Under the pieces are notes generated by a model. It was not told the DNA's origin and did no database searches. It worked only from the letters and a program-made list of their open reading frames with translations. From positions 160,828,001 to 160,892,000 of the forward strand of contig OX597814.1 in NCBI GenBank assembly GCA_951406725.2: a stretch of DNA of 64,000 nucleotides. Direction: 5' to 3'. Shown piece after piece: positions 24,834-38,343 of the stretch (positions are counted from its first letter, which is position 1; every line of letters starts with the position of its first letter). Source of the DNA: Octopus vulgaris (taxonomy: Eukaryota). Position numbers and translations under genes: made by a program.

Positions 24834-25040
24834 ACGCCGGGCGAAATACTTACCAGCATTTCGTCTGCCGCTACGCTCTGAGTTCAAATTCCGCCAAGGT
24901 CGACTTTGCCTTTGATCCTTTCGGAGACGATTAAATAAGTACCAGTTACGCACTGAGGTTGATAAAATCGACTTAATCCGTTTGTCTGTCCTTGTTTGTC
25001 CCCTCTATGTGTAGCCCCTTGTGGGCAGTAAAGAAATAAG
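24834..25040 (+). mobile_element. Young 5'-truncated Meta-domain-type tRNA SINE
   Basis: CpG-rich; GAGTTCAAATTCC B-box, GCCTTTGATCCTTTCGG..TAAGTACCAG core, GTAAAGAAATA tail. Confidence 0.88.
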
Positions 25041-25234
25041 ACTTATGCACAAATATATTCTAGTTATGATCATAGTATCTTTTGTCAGTAATGACACTAC
25101 ATTATTGTATCATTCCCTTTTTATGGTAGTGGAATGTGATTTAAAGGAGATTTGACTGTTATTTCTAGAAGAATAAATAATCATGCTGTAGTTCCCTTAA
25201 TGGCACGCTGTGTGTGTGTAATCTAGAAAATACC

Positions 25235-25468
25235 TATTTTTTTACTACCCACAAGGGGCTAAACACAGAAGGGACAAACAAGGACAGACAGACGGATTAA
25301 GTCGATTATATTGACCCCAGTGCATAATTGGTACTTATTTAATTGACCCCAAAAGGATGAAAGGCAAAGTCAACCTTGGCGGAATTTGAACTCAGAACGT
25401 AGCGGCAGACAAAATACTGCTAAGCATTTCACTCGGCATGGTAATGTTTCTGCCAGCTTGCCGCCTTA
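25235..25468 (-). mobile_element. Full-length Meta-domain-type tRNA SINE with 15-bp TSD
   Basis: TSD AATCTAGAAAATACC at 25220-25234 and 25469-25483. Confidence 0.92.
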
Positions 25469-27144
25469 AATCTAGAAAATACCATTCAATTAGTATGTGA
25501 ATATATATTCTTCAATCTACAATAACACTGTGGTAAGTTAACTCCCAGAGCAGAATATTACTGAAAACATGATTAAACACTGTACTTTGTACCTGTTAAA
25601 GGAATATAGTTCTAAATAATTGCTGAGAACAAGCCAAGAAAGACTGAACATTGGACCCATCAAATGTATTTAAAACTCTAGTGATAGTAGCAAGTTGTTA
25701 TTTAGCCTCTCCCCAACACAGCCAGTCTTGAATGAGCAGAATACAATTGAATGTTCCAGTCTTGACTACCCAATATTTCTGTCTATCAGGACTATATTGT
25801 CCAAAGTGTTCCTTCTGGAAAGGAAAAGGTGATTATTATTTTTTTTTTGTTTTTTTTTAAGATATTAAGATATGATTTGAAGAGGTTTATCTTCTATTTC
25901 TAGCGAATCAAGTAATAGTATAAAGACTCTCTCAGATAATTTCACAAGATATCATACTTGGAGACTTAAAACAAATAATAGTCGCTGCCCTTGTATAATT
26001 GAGAAGTGAATATATAAAGGGTACAAACCCCTTCAGTCATGAATGACTATGTGATTGCACCTAGAAAGTTCCCCTACTAAGTACAAGTCCAAGTAAGACT
26101 TTATGGAAGACCAGTAGTCACCCATACATCTCTGTCAAATGCAATGTTTATTTATTCACATTATTTTCAATTAATCATACATTATCTCATAGCTTTAGGA
26201 TCTCAATGATGTGATTGCTTATTTTTAGAATGACACTCTAGGGTAGGTGTCAGAGGCTGGTTTAAAAATTAAGCAGGTGGAATATTTTGGCTGGATATGG
26301 TCAGATAAAGGGTTAATACATGAATGTAATGTAGACATACACACACAAGTATACACACATACATACACACACAAGAATATGCATGCATGAGCACACATAT
26401 ATGCCTGAGTGCACACACACACACACACACACACACATACATACACATAAATGAACGCACATCCTTTTTTTCCTAAATATACCAAAATAAAATATCAGTA
26501 GCATACATGTGTGTATGATTATAGAGATTCCGAATGTATCAAGATGGTAGTGTTGTTGTTGTTTAGCCCTAGGCCAACCCTGATCATTCCAACCATAACT
26601 ACCCCATCAATCTAATGTTTTGAAGACTGTAGGGTTTGGTCTGATTGAGATTTCACTGCTATTTCTAGTCTCCCTCACTGGATTGTGCTTAAAAAAAAAA
26701 AAAAACAGAATTAAAACCAAAATAAAGCAACAACAACAAACAACATTTGATGTACTCCTTCCTCAACTTGATAAAAACACCTAGTGATAGTCTGGATTTC
26801 TTAAGTAGAACAGTAGTGTTTGAATAATATGAAGAAGGAGACTAAAGCAGTGAAAGAGATTTATTTGCAAGAGGTCCAGGAAACTATGGCAGAAATTCAG
26901 TCTAGCAAAGTCTGACAAATAGGATAGGATATCTTGAGTTTATAATTGGAATGTCAAGAACTAGGTGGAGAGAAGGGGCAAATTGAGAGAGAGAAAGTAT
27001 CTGAAGTAAGGCAGGCAGGGGTGAATGGAATGAAAGGGGAAGAGAAAAAGGGGAGAAATATATACACACGCGCATGTAGAAGTGAGAGGAGAGGAATCGA
27101 AAAAATATAGGGCGAAGCACAGAAATGTTTAAAAGGATTTGACT

Positions 27145-27217
27145 CTAGACAGAAACTGATAATTTTCCACCTTTGTAGATCGCAGATAAACAGATTGGCA
27201 TCTTCAAGTGAGGAAAC
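27145..27217 (-). other. Candidate downstream exon start of the minus-strand transcript (3' end undefined)
   Basis: Strong acceptor TTTTTCTTTCTCAG|G at 27218/27217 in unique, locally CpG-retaining sequence; contains only a short ORF, MPICLSAIYKGGKLSVSV* (27201-27145). Confidence 0.45.
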
Positions 27218-28900
27218 CTGAGAAAGAAAAATGTTTAAAGTACTGTACGTGTAATGTTTGTGTGTATGTTTGCATGATTAAAAAGAGAAAGCTAAATTGA
27301 TTATTAATCAATTTAAGTGTTCCAGCTGCAAGAATGATTATGTAAGTATATTAGCACACGTATGTTTATGTATGTGCCATGTTTGTGTACATATGTGAAT
27401 GTACATGTATGTCATTTACGTCATCACACACACATATACATACACACATACACGCGCGCGCGCACAGAGTTCAGAACATAATTTTTCAACAGTAAAACAA
27501 AACATATCTAAATAAGCATAGCAGAATGCTAAATATGTCAAAATATATCTGAATTCTGTAAAACTACATGCACACATAACCCGAGAGCTTCTATATAGTT
27601 GCTCAACCAGCTCAAAATAGAAGCCAAAGGGAAGGACACATTAGATATTGTCATCAGCAGCAGCATTTTATGTCTGCTTTTCCATGCTGGTATGGGTTGG
27701 ACAGTTTTTCTGAGGCAGTCTTTTTAAAAGTCAGATGCACTTCTAGTCTCCAAGTGTGTTTAAACACATCTTATAACATGCAGAGATACAGAATATCTAT
27801 TTTAAAACTGGGATACACAGTCTAAAAAAAAAAGATGGTTACAACTGGAACATATATGATCACTGGTCTGCCTTATCATGGATGACCTGGGACTAAACCA
27901 CAACAAAAACAATCCATCAGTCATAAAGAAAATTCAAAGCAGTCAGTTTCCTAGTTTCTAACACTGAAGTATTTGTCACTTTTTTATACTATGATAATAA
28001 CTATAATATGAGGAACTAGACAGAGAGAGACCGGCTCTGCGTCTCTGTGGTCATTCATTCAAACTGAAAGTATTAGCAGCCCAATCTCTCTCGCATTACA
28101 TTCTAACATCTTTAATTTTTTATTTGTTTTAGTTATGAGACTACAGCCATGCTGGGGCACTGCTGTGAAGAATTTTTAGTCAAATGAATTGACCCTAATA
28201 CTTATTTTTTCTAAGGCAGCTACTTATTTTATCTGTCTCTTTTGCCAAACTGCTAAGTTATGGGTACACACCAACACCAACAGTTGTCAAGGGTTGATGC
28301 AGGGATAGACCAAAGATATGACAGTCTTCTCTGTTTTTATCAACCAAATCCACTCACAAGGCTTTGATCAGCCTGAGGCTATAGAAGACACTGGCCCACA
28401 TTGCTATGCAGTAGGACTGAACTTAGAACCATGTGGTTGGGAAGCAAGCCTTTTATCACACAGCCATGCCTGTGCCTAATAAAAGAATATGTTGTATAAT
28501 GTATTTCTTAATATTACTACTAGATTATCTGAACAAAATGATTAGACAGACATGACTGAATTATTCTTGAAATAACAGATCTGTTCAATCAGAGCTGACA
28601 AAGAATAAAAACAATTACAGCATGGGATCTACTTTTGATTCCTTTTTAAAGAATTTTTAATATTTTAGTCAATAATGCTCATTGCAAATTCATAACCGTT
28701 GTATCTTACCTTTGCCTTCTCTTAAGCATAGGATTTATAATTATGTGAAAAATCATTATTATTATTATTATTGGCAAAAATTGGTAGAGCAACAGAGAAA
28801 CGTTTTTGCAGTATTTAATTATCATTATCTGTGCTCTGAATTCAAATCCAACCAGTGTTGAATTTACTTTTCCTCATTCCAGGAGGTCAATGATAAAATA

Positions 28901-29097
28901 AGATATCTCAAGGACCACTGGATGTATTCGGATGAAACTTTCAGGAATGCTTGGCCTCATGACTGACACAAACTGATTACTTTTGAGAGCGGTCGGGTTC
29001 ATTTTTAGTATTCTCATTTTAAAAATCATCTCCAGCTAATTGTTGAGAGGATGTTAGTGTTGTCTTGGTGGAGGTTTGCGCTCTCTGAGTGCTCGTT
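28901..29097 (+). mobile_element. Helentron/DINE-like non-autonomous element, 3' portion
   Basis: GGATGAAACTT core and terminal GGTGGAGGTTTGCGCTCTCTGAGTGC with short hairpin followed by TT. Confidence 0.55.
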
Positions 29098-30895
29098 ATT
29101 ATTAGAAAGAGTATAAGGTGGTGAACTGGCAGAACCATTAGCATGCTGGACAAAATGCTTAGCAGAATTTTTCATCTTTACATTCTGAGTTTAAATCCCA
29201 TCATCCTTTCAAGGTCAGTAAAATGAGTACCAATCAAGAATTAGGATCAATGTTATCAACTATCTCCATTTCCCAAACTTGCTGGCCTTGTACCAAAATC
29301 TGAAACCATCATTATTAGAAAGGGTGATCAATCAGTAGAACACTGCACAAAGTACCTAACAATATTTTATTGCACTACGCAATGTTCTGAGTTCAAATCC
29401 TGTCGAGGTTGACTTTACCATTCATCCTTTTAAGATAATGAAATGCAGTACCAATCAACAACTGAATTGATTTCAATAGTTCTCCTCATCCAAAATGTCT
29501 GTCCTTGTGGCTATATCATGAATCATAAACATCATCATCACATAGATGGGCTGGTAGACACAATGCAATATTTAATTTTTAAAATACAGCAGAATCAAAG
29601 AAATAGTAAAGCTTGCAAGCTTAAAATTTAAATACATTTAGAATATTTAATTTCATACTGGTACTGCCTATGTTCTAAATTGCCTCAGCCAACCATGTTC
29701 ATTTATCTCCCCAAGGTCAGTAAGATTAAACACTAGCTTTATATTTAAACTTGATTCAACCAAGCATCATCATCATCATAAACCTAACCATCATCATCAT
29801 AATCATTCAACTGCAGTAGCAGACAACCCTCTTCTACTCATTGCAGCATTCATTATTAATTGTGGTCCCAAGGCAACAAGCTGGCATAATCATTAGTGCA
29901 TCGGACAAAATGGTTTCATAGCATTTCTTCCTACTCTTTTCATTCTGAGTTCAAATCCTGCCAAGGTTAACTTTGCCTTTAATCCTTTTGGGGTCAATAA
30001 AATAAGTACCTGTCAAGTACTGGGCCAATGTAACTGATTTGTCCCTTCCCCTGAACATTACTGGCCTTGTACCAAAATAGAAACAATTATTGTGGTCCCG
30101 TCGTTGTGCGATTAGCTCTGGCCATCAGGAGTGACAGAGTTTGCTCTAGCCCTATCACTCTTCTGTTTGCTATTTCTTTGTTCTTTTCAGTCTTGCAAGT
30201 TAAATGGCAACCTCACAAGTACTGGTGTCATATAAAAAGTAACCAGTGCACTCTGTAAAGTGGTTGGCATTAGGAAGGGCATTCAACCATAGAAAGCATG
30301 CCAAAGATAACACTGGAGCTTAATGCAGCCCTGCAGCTAGCAGGTTCCCTGTCAAACTGCCATACCCAAGCCAACATGGAAAATGGACGCTAAATGATGA
30401 TGAATATAAAAGCCAGAACAGATACCACTTGACATTAACAATTCTGCCAATCCATTAACCTAGACTGGCACTCAATTCACCCCCAAAAGAATGGAAAATA
30501 AACCTTGACTTTTGTGGGATTTGAACTTGGAATGCAAAGAGCAGCAACAAATACCACAATGCATTCTATGCAATGCTCTATCAACTCTGCCAATTCACTG
30601 CCTTCAATTAAATAAACTCTTCCAAATAAACTTTGTGGTGATGTGCCAACTTAATTCTTCATTATTATAGAATTCTTCATTTTTATAAATGCTAGTTAGC
30701 TGGTGAGATTGGTAGACAGCCAAACAAAATGTATCGGAGTATACATTCATTCACACCATTTTTACATTCCAAATTCAAACCTCCACAGAGACCAATTCTA
30801 CCAGTTGCCTTTCCAAGGTCAAAAAATTTAGTACCAGTAAACATACTGAAAGGGGTCATGGGGTAATGTCAGAAATCAGTATTTACATGTATACC

Positions 30896-31128
30896 TATTT
30901 CTTTACTACCCACAAGGGGCTAAACACAGAGGGAACAAACAAGGACACACAAATGGATTAAGTCAATTACATTGACCCCAGTATGTAACTGGTACTTAAT
31001 TTATCGACCCTGAAAGGATGAAAGGCAAAGTCGACCTAGGCGGAATTTGAACTCAGAACATAACAGCAGACAAAATACAGTTACACATTTCGCCCGGCGT
31101 GCTAACGTTTCTGCCAGCTCGCCACCCT
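30896..31128 (-). mobile_element. Full-length Meta-domain-type tRNA SINE with 15-bp TSD
   Basis: TSD ATTTACATGTATACC at 30881-30895 and 31139-31153. Confidence 0.92.
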
Positions 31129-33819
31129 GGTGGTATACATTTACATGTATACCACATTTCAATTGGTTTGATCCCTCTGATCTCTGATCATTATCAGATT
31201 TTTTTTTTTCTCTAAGTTTATAACATAGTCCGAAACAGAAACTGAACTGGAAACCATTATATCTTAAATGAGGGCAATAAGATTCTTACACATTAAGCCA
31301 CTGTTACAAGCAGCTTTTAAAATGCATACTTAGCAATCTTAGAGGTTGATGTTTGGTATCAAGACAATTCTGATCAAAACTTATGTTAAAAGGCATTACA
31401 ACCAGGCCCATCTCATCTTTTTTAGGGGTAAGTAGGATTACATTATCCAAGGAGTCCTTCCTTTTTCTAAGACAGTATGGTTTGATTTAAGATAGATTTG
31501 GCTGCTGTTTCAATATGCTGAAGCTCTCTCATTGATTCAAACATTGTTTGAAGCCTCTGGCAATACTGAACATCAAACAAGTTGTCTCATAAAAACAATC
31601 AATAATTAACAGTATTTTCAATCAGTTCTTATGTAACACCAATATGTCGCAAAGATCTCAGAATATACAGCAAGAGTTTTCTGACAAAGCAATGCTTATA
31701 TCATCAAAAACAATTAACTCTGAACTAATTGCAGATGCAATACACTGTTATCATAGCATTTACCCAGATGCTTGCTTATACACTAGCAACAAGGAACACA
31801 ACATTCACATTTGTAAAGTAGCAAAAGGAAAATAGATAGAACACATTTATGAACTATGGTTAAATACGCAAGATAGACTAACATACCGAGTAACTGATTA
31901 GTGAGTCAGTGTTCAATTTAAGATCTTGTGTTAATTATATAGAAAACAAGTAAGGGATTAGAAGTCAGTTCAAAATAAATTGCAGCTACTACAAGATATT
32001 TGCATCACCTCCACCTCACCATCAAGACAGTGTGTAAAGCTCACTTTTAGAACAGCTTTTCTCTTTCTTTCTCTCTCTCTCTCTTTGAAATTTTATTTGT
32101 TGGTAATGTCTTAGTACATTTAAAGATTTGAACAACCACTTTGCAACCACATGACTCACAGTTCAACCTCACTGTTCATCACCTTGGGCAAGTACCTTCT
32201 ACTTTAGCCTTGGGTTTGTTGACCAATATTTTGTGAGTAGAATTCAATGAGTGAAAACTGCATTGTGTATCTTTCTTTCTTTCTCGCCTTTTCCCTATTT
32301 TTCCCTCTAACCAAGCCTCCAAAAATTTCACCACACACACACACACATGTATTCGTACATATATGTACAAGCACATTTAGATAACAAAAGAACACTCTCT
32401 TCCAGATTTATACACACACACACACACACACACGTACGTATGTACGTATGTATGATTGTATATACATGTGTGTATATATAATTTTAAATACACAGTATTT
32501 AAATGTGAACAACTAATAGTTTCAGGATGTGGAAACAATAATTCGACAGATTTATATAACATCTCTCGTGTCTAACAACAATCTCTCAGATGTATATGTG
32601 AGCCTCACTGAGGAAATCACAAGGAACCAGATGTGGCAACTTGCTGTACTTGATAAGATGCATCAAGCTAAGAAAAATCACCATCTTCCATACACACAGG
32701 CTTATCCTTTCAGGTGCCAGTTCCACACACACACACACACTATATATATCTTAGGAGCAGTTTCCTGGATGGACGCAAATAAATAATAACTTAAATTTAA
32801 GAGAAGTAACTGGAAAGAGGATACATGCACACTATACACACTTTATGAACTCTACTTCAATGGTATTACTTTTGTTTTGATCCTGGTGATTCTGTACGTA
32901 TGCATGCATAGGGGAAGTGTCACATTTATGTTGCATCCATTTATGTCCCATTTCAGTATTTGGATACACAGGGATCAGTAAAATAAGTAGCCACATTGGA
33001 ATAAGTAATGGGGTCAACATGATTGACTACAACTCTTGCAGGTAGTGTCCTGACATGACCACAATCAAATGACTGAAACCAGTAACGGAATAAAAAAAAA
33101 TTTACATAAATTTTGTGGATATCTAACCATATTACAATTACAACTATTATTAACTAGATTCTCACTGAGTCACTGAAAAAGCATCTATGTGGTCACTCAA
33201 CCTGCAAAAAATAACATCTAAATTTCCCTCAAATCACACCTGACTGCTATGAAAAGAGGCTGATAATATAGTTCATCATTTTAACATCTGCTTTTCCATG
33301 CTCATATGGGTCAGACAAAACTTGTCGAGGCAGATTTTCTACAATCGGATGCCCTTCCTGTCACCAACCCTCACTTGTTTCCAAGTAATATTTTCCCCAT
33401 GACCTGACATGTCTTGGAAGATTGGAAACAGAGGATACTACTTAAACGACTGTGATGCTTGCTTGCAACTATCATGCAATGGCAGAGCAAGGAGAGTGTC
33501 ACACATATACACAAACACTTGCCAAAGTTGCCAGACAGTGGGATTGAACCCGAAACTAAGTGGGTATAAAAATTCTTAACACAGCCACACCTATACAGAC
33601 ATATATATATATATATAGTCAGAAAATAAGATGGAATGGTCATGGGTGGAATATAGCTCAATAAGGGTGACCTGAGGCTTAACAACCATGAACCAATGAA
33701 GGAGTAGCCATGTGGTTACTTGACCAGCTAGAAATAAAAAAACAAATTTCAGATTATACCTTGTGTGATTTCAAACAAAAAACAAAAACAATACACTGAT
33801 TAAAGTAATCCTAGATATA

Positions 33820-34203
33820 GGAAGCACTCCGTCGGTTACGACGATGAGGGTTCCGGTTGATCCGAATCAACGGAACAGCCTGCTCGTGAAATTAACGTGT
33901 AAGTGGCTGAGCACTCCACAGACACGTGTACCCTTAACGTAGTTCTCGGGGATATTCAGCGTGACACAGAGAGTGACAAGGCCGGCCCTTTGAAATACAG
34001 GTACAACAGAAACAGGAAGTAAGAGTGAGAGAAAGTTGCGGTGAAAGAGTACAGCAGGGATCACCACCATCCCCTGCCGGAGCCTCGTGGAGCTTTAGGT
34101 GTTTTCGCTCAATAAACACTCACAACGCCCGGTCTGGGAATCGAAACCGCGATCCTATGACCGCGAGTCCACTGCCCTAACCACGGGGCCATTGCGCCTC
34201 CAC
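33820..34203 (-). mobile_element. Young full-length tRNA-head SINE with 13-bp TSD
   Basis: TSD AATCCTAGATATA at 33807-33819 and 34204-34216; minus head TGGCCCCGTGG (A box) and GGTTTCGATTCC (B box); CpGs intact. Confidence 0.92.
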
Positions 34204-35974
34204 AATCCTAGATATACTAGGCCTAAAATGGATACTCAATGCTGAAATATAGGTATGCTGAAACAGAGATGACCTACATTCCTACTTTTAAGGAAAGGTC
34301 AAGGCTGGAATATCTGCAGATTTTACTGGAGGCTACACAACAAACAAGAGTCTCTAGAAACAGTAGCTAAATTTCCCTCAAATGCTAAGAAAAAAAAGGA
34401 AGGACATATTCAATAATGCAGTTCAAGATATATCGCTATTCCTGAACACAAATAGGGTTGGTCAAGGCTGGGAAGCCTTTGATCATAAGTCTACTTCATT
34501 AGGGATGACTTGGAATTAAACAATTTAGATTACTATTTTTACTGGATAGTTGCAACTGGAATGTCTATGAACTTAGGTCAACTGCCATTAAGATCTGACA
34601 ATAACAAACAAGATTTTTAATTTTTACTGGATGGTTGTAATGCCTTTGATTTTAGCTCTATCATTAAAACATAACTAGAATCTTACATGACAGCTACTGG
34701 ATTCCTACAAGCTTGGATGGAGACTTTTGATTATCTGATTCTAGCATAAACAATTCCACTCTGGTAAAATATGTACTTGGAACAGATATTGTAAACAAAA
34801 TCTCTCAGCTTGCAGTGCCAATTCTAGCATTAAATCACATTTGTGGCTTTTGTGAGATAACAATAAGACTCAAAGCTCATTGAATGAGAAGTGTCAAACA
34901 ATATTCTAGGAACAATTAAAATATTTATGTCATTCAAAAACTTAATAGAGAAAATGTAGATTTGTTTCAATGCTGAGGACACACTATTTAGCTGTCTTCA
35001 GTGATATTATATGTATATAGCTAAACCAATTGAGTTAGTGAATATAATTGATACAATTAAGCCAAGAGATTTTATATTACTGGGTAAGATTTTGGAATTT
35101 TCATGTAAGAGTATTATTATGTAGAGATTTTGCCAAATAGCTTTCACTTAAAAAAGAAGGAAAAGAAATATTACATTGAAATCAATTCTGTTTCTCCCTA
35201 TCTCGCTTCAACAGTCACACACACACAAACAAGCTACTTTATATGGTTGCTCAGCCTGCAAGAAATAATAGCTAAATCTCCTTAAAATCACATACCCTAC
35301 CACCTTAAAATATCAATAGATTGGATAATATAGTCCTAGATATAATATTCGTTTGTTGAGCACACTTGAAAGTCGTCTCGTGTTAATATGCTGACATTGA
35401 GGATGAGCAGCTGAAATAAATTAATGTACTTGCTTAAAGAACTTCAAAAGTCTATCACCATTTTTTTTCTTTTTTTTCCAGATTTTGGTCCTTCCTATCC
35501 TTCAGTAACTGGAAGAGGGATTATATTTCAGGACACACAACCTGACATAGATACTGCAAGGTATCTTGGCTGACATTCAGCCATCCCACCAAACCACAAC
35601 TCTATTCATCTTCTTTGAAAGGATGAAAGCAAGGTGGACATAAATGAGATTTAAACTTACAGCTGGAACAATTAATGCAAGGTTTTCTGTCAAGAGCTCT
35701 GACAACTACCAAATCTTTCTCAAATCATACCCTACTATCTGAATATGTCTGAAACTAAATGGGTTCATAATAAATAGAATGCCTTTGAGCATAGAGCTGC
35801 TTGATCAGGCTGACCGTAGACCTTAACGACAACAATACATGCAAACAGAAATACTTCATCGAACGAACATCAAGAGTGCTGACTTTATCATAAAGATTGC
35901 ATGATGCAAGAAGAGTACCAGTTAAGTAACATCAAATGCTGGACTCTGAATCCATAGACCCAACTCCCACTACC

Positions 35975-36642
35975 ACCACTCCCCACCCCCTTAAAATTTT
36001 GAACTTTTACGAATTTTTTTTCCCTATGTTTTAGATGACGGAGATTCTGAATATGCAAGAAACCATGTTTTCAAAATTTTAAATTCAATAAAGCATATAG
36101 ATATGTGTATAAAGAGATAGATAGATATGAATGTCTTCCTGGGGTTAAAAACAACAATAACACTTCTATAGGACTGCCACATTTAGTTGACAAATATATT
36201 TTATAAATAAATGGACATGGATAAATAGACAGACAAATGAATAAATGGATGAAAAAGTTCAAAATTTAAAATTGGGGGAGGGGGTGAAATTTGAGCCCCT
36301 TATTAAACTTTATAACATTAATGATTGTTTCTCAAAAAATGGAGTATATTTAATTTACATTAAATCATTATTTATGATTATTTAAGGCAAGCACATGTAA
36401 AATGCAAATTTTTTTCAGTTTAATGCTTTTGTCTGTATTTAATTTCAGTTTGCATATGTTCGTCAATTCGCTACAATCTCTTTAAAGTAAACAAAATCAA
36501 AAATTTAAGGTGGGGGTGAAATTTTAAAAATTGTTTTTTTTTTGGCATATTCGTAATATTCTAAAACATAGGAATCTGAAAATTCTTTTTTTTTTTTTCA
36601 AAATGCATTTTTCAAGGAGAGGTGCAAAACTGCATTAGCCCT
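35975..36642. mobile_element. Non-autonomous DNA-transposon-like element with internal direct and inverted sub-repeats
   Basis: CCCCACCCCCTTAAAATTTTGAACTTTT (~35980) is inverted at ~36250 and ~36500; CCTATGTTTTAGA is inverted at ~36560. Confidence 0.5.
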
Positions 36643-36782
36643 GAATATTCAAGTCATTGATAGTGATCAGAAGACAGCTGTCTGTAAAAATCTGTTCTAA
36701 CACATAAAAATACCTAAATTTACAGATCTTGTTATTAATTATGGGCTGGATTTATTTTTACATATGTTTATATATACCTAAA

Positions 36783-36966
36783 CCATATTTGTCAGTGAAT
36801 AAGATAGACTTTCATATAAGATGCACCCCTACGTTGCAAGGATATATTTTTGAAAGGAAAAAAATTTACACTTAGTAACCTTTCTGTAATATGGTTGCAT
36901 TAGATGCATGATAATTTTTTATTGCATTTAAGAATGAAAGAGTGTCTTGTACACTGGCATATACAG
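36783..36966. mobile_element. Decayed pogo/Tigger-like MITE
   Basis: CCATATTTGTCAGTGAATAAGA vs TCTTGTACACTGGCATATACAG imperfect TIRs of CCGTA type. Confidence 0.5.
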
Positions 36967-38305
36967 CATTCTGCTACATCTCATCTGCTGTCCTCAATCA
37001 TCAGTTATCTAAATACCTTACATTAAGTGTTCCTTGATCTAACACACTCCCATAAACCAGCCAGGTTTAGAGCCTCTACATGGCCACATAACTTGCAAGA
37101 TATAACAACTAAATCTCCCTCAAATCCACCCAACAATCATAAAAGAACATTGGATAATGTAGTACTCAACATTATGCTATATCTGAAAATAAGAGAGACT
37201 GGTTATGGCTGTAATATTTTTGAGCAATGGATCATTCAGCTTGATAAGAACCAGCCTAGGGCTAATGAACAATAACCACTCCTTACAGATTTTATTATCT
37301 CAGAGAAGCAATTCCTCCATTGCTACAATCAAAACATACCAACTGAAAATCTTACATATCCATACCAGTTAGACACACACACACACACACACACAGGGGA
37401 AAGGGAAAGGAGAATTGGTAACAGAAAATGCTGCAAACATATCTCAGTCAAACCAGCATGAAAAATTGAATTTAAAATCAATTATGCATCTGCACTTATA
37501 CAACCATACAATACACATATATGTACAGAAACAAATATTGTCATATATATATAAAATGCTAATGTACAGATACACATGCACAGAAGTATATAATCTTTCA
37601 TGCACATGTTTGAAACCACCTCACCCATATATAAACATAGATCTGTATATAGATACACATTGCATCTATTCATATTCCAATTCATTTATGCACACACACA
37701 CTCATATATTTGTCCATGCAATTTAAACTGAAGGACAAATAACAGGTATTTAGAATACTATGTGTATTTCTGTTCATATTGTAAATATCCCCTTTGTTGT
37801 GAAATCAAATTTTGAGTGTTACACACAGTATATGTAGAAAGCAAAACAAAGCACAAGACTGTTTATGCAATATTTAGTAACATCTTACATATATTTCATT
37901 AACGTAAGGTAATTATTAGTTATAAAATGCAAATTACATAACCAAGACTTATTGTCAAATCATCAGAGATGTGTAACATCATTAGATTGAAAGGTGACAG
38001 AATTCACCAATGTGAATATGGTTAGTAAGTATAGTAGAAGTGCTAGTAGGCAGGCATTACTTTGGTGTCAGATGGCAGAAAATAACAGAAAAGGAGGTGC
38101 GCAGCAAACAGGAGGAACAAAGTTATCAGAATGACTCTGAAATAGATGTCTGGTCATTTTCTAACAGACCATTTTATTTTTGCTTCTTATCAGTTGTTTT
38201 TCTTTCACTTTCATTAAGCCTAGTCTGTCATAAAACTTGGTGAAAGGTATATGTTTGACTGTGCATCATAGATATATTTATCTTTGCACATGTAAACATA
38301 CACTC

Positions 38306-38343
<38 letters not shown>

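Noticed and set aside
34140-34203. tRNA-like sequences with A/B boxes (also ~17318-17390 and ~4620-4690)
   Set aside because: They are heads of SINEs that continue into the family body, with no complete cloverleaf.
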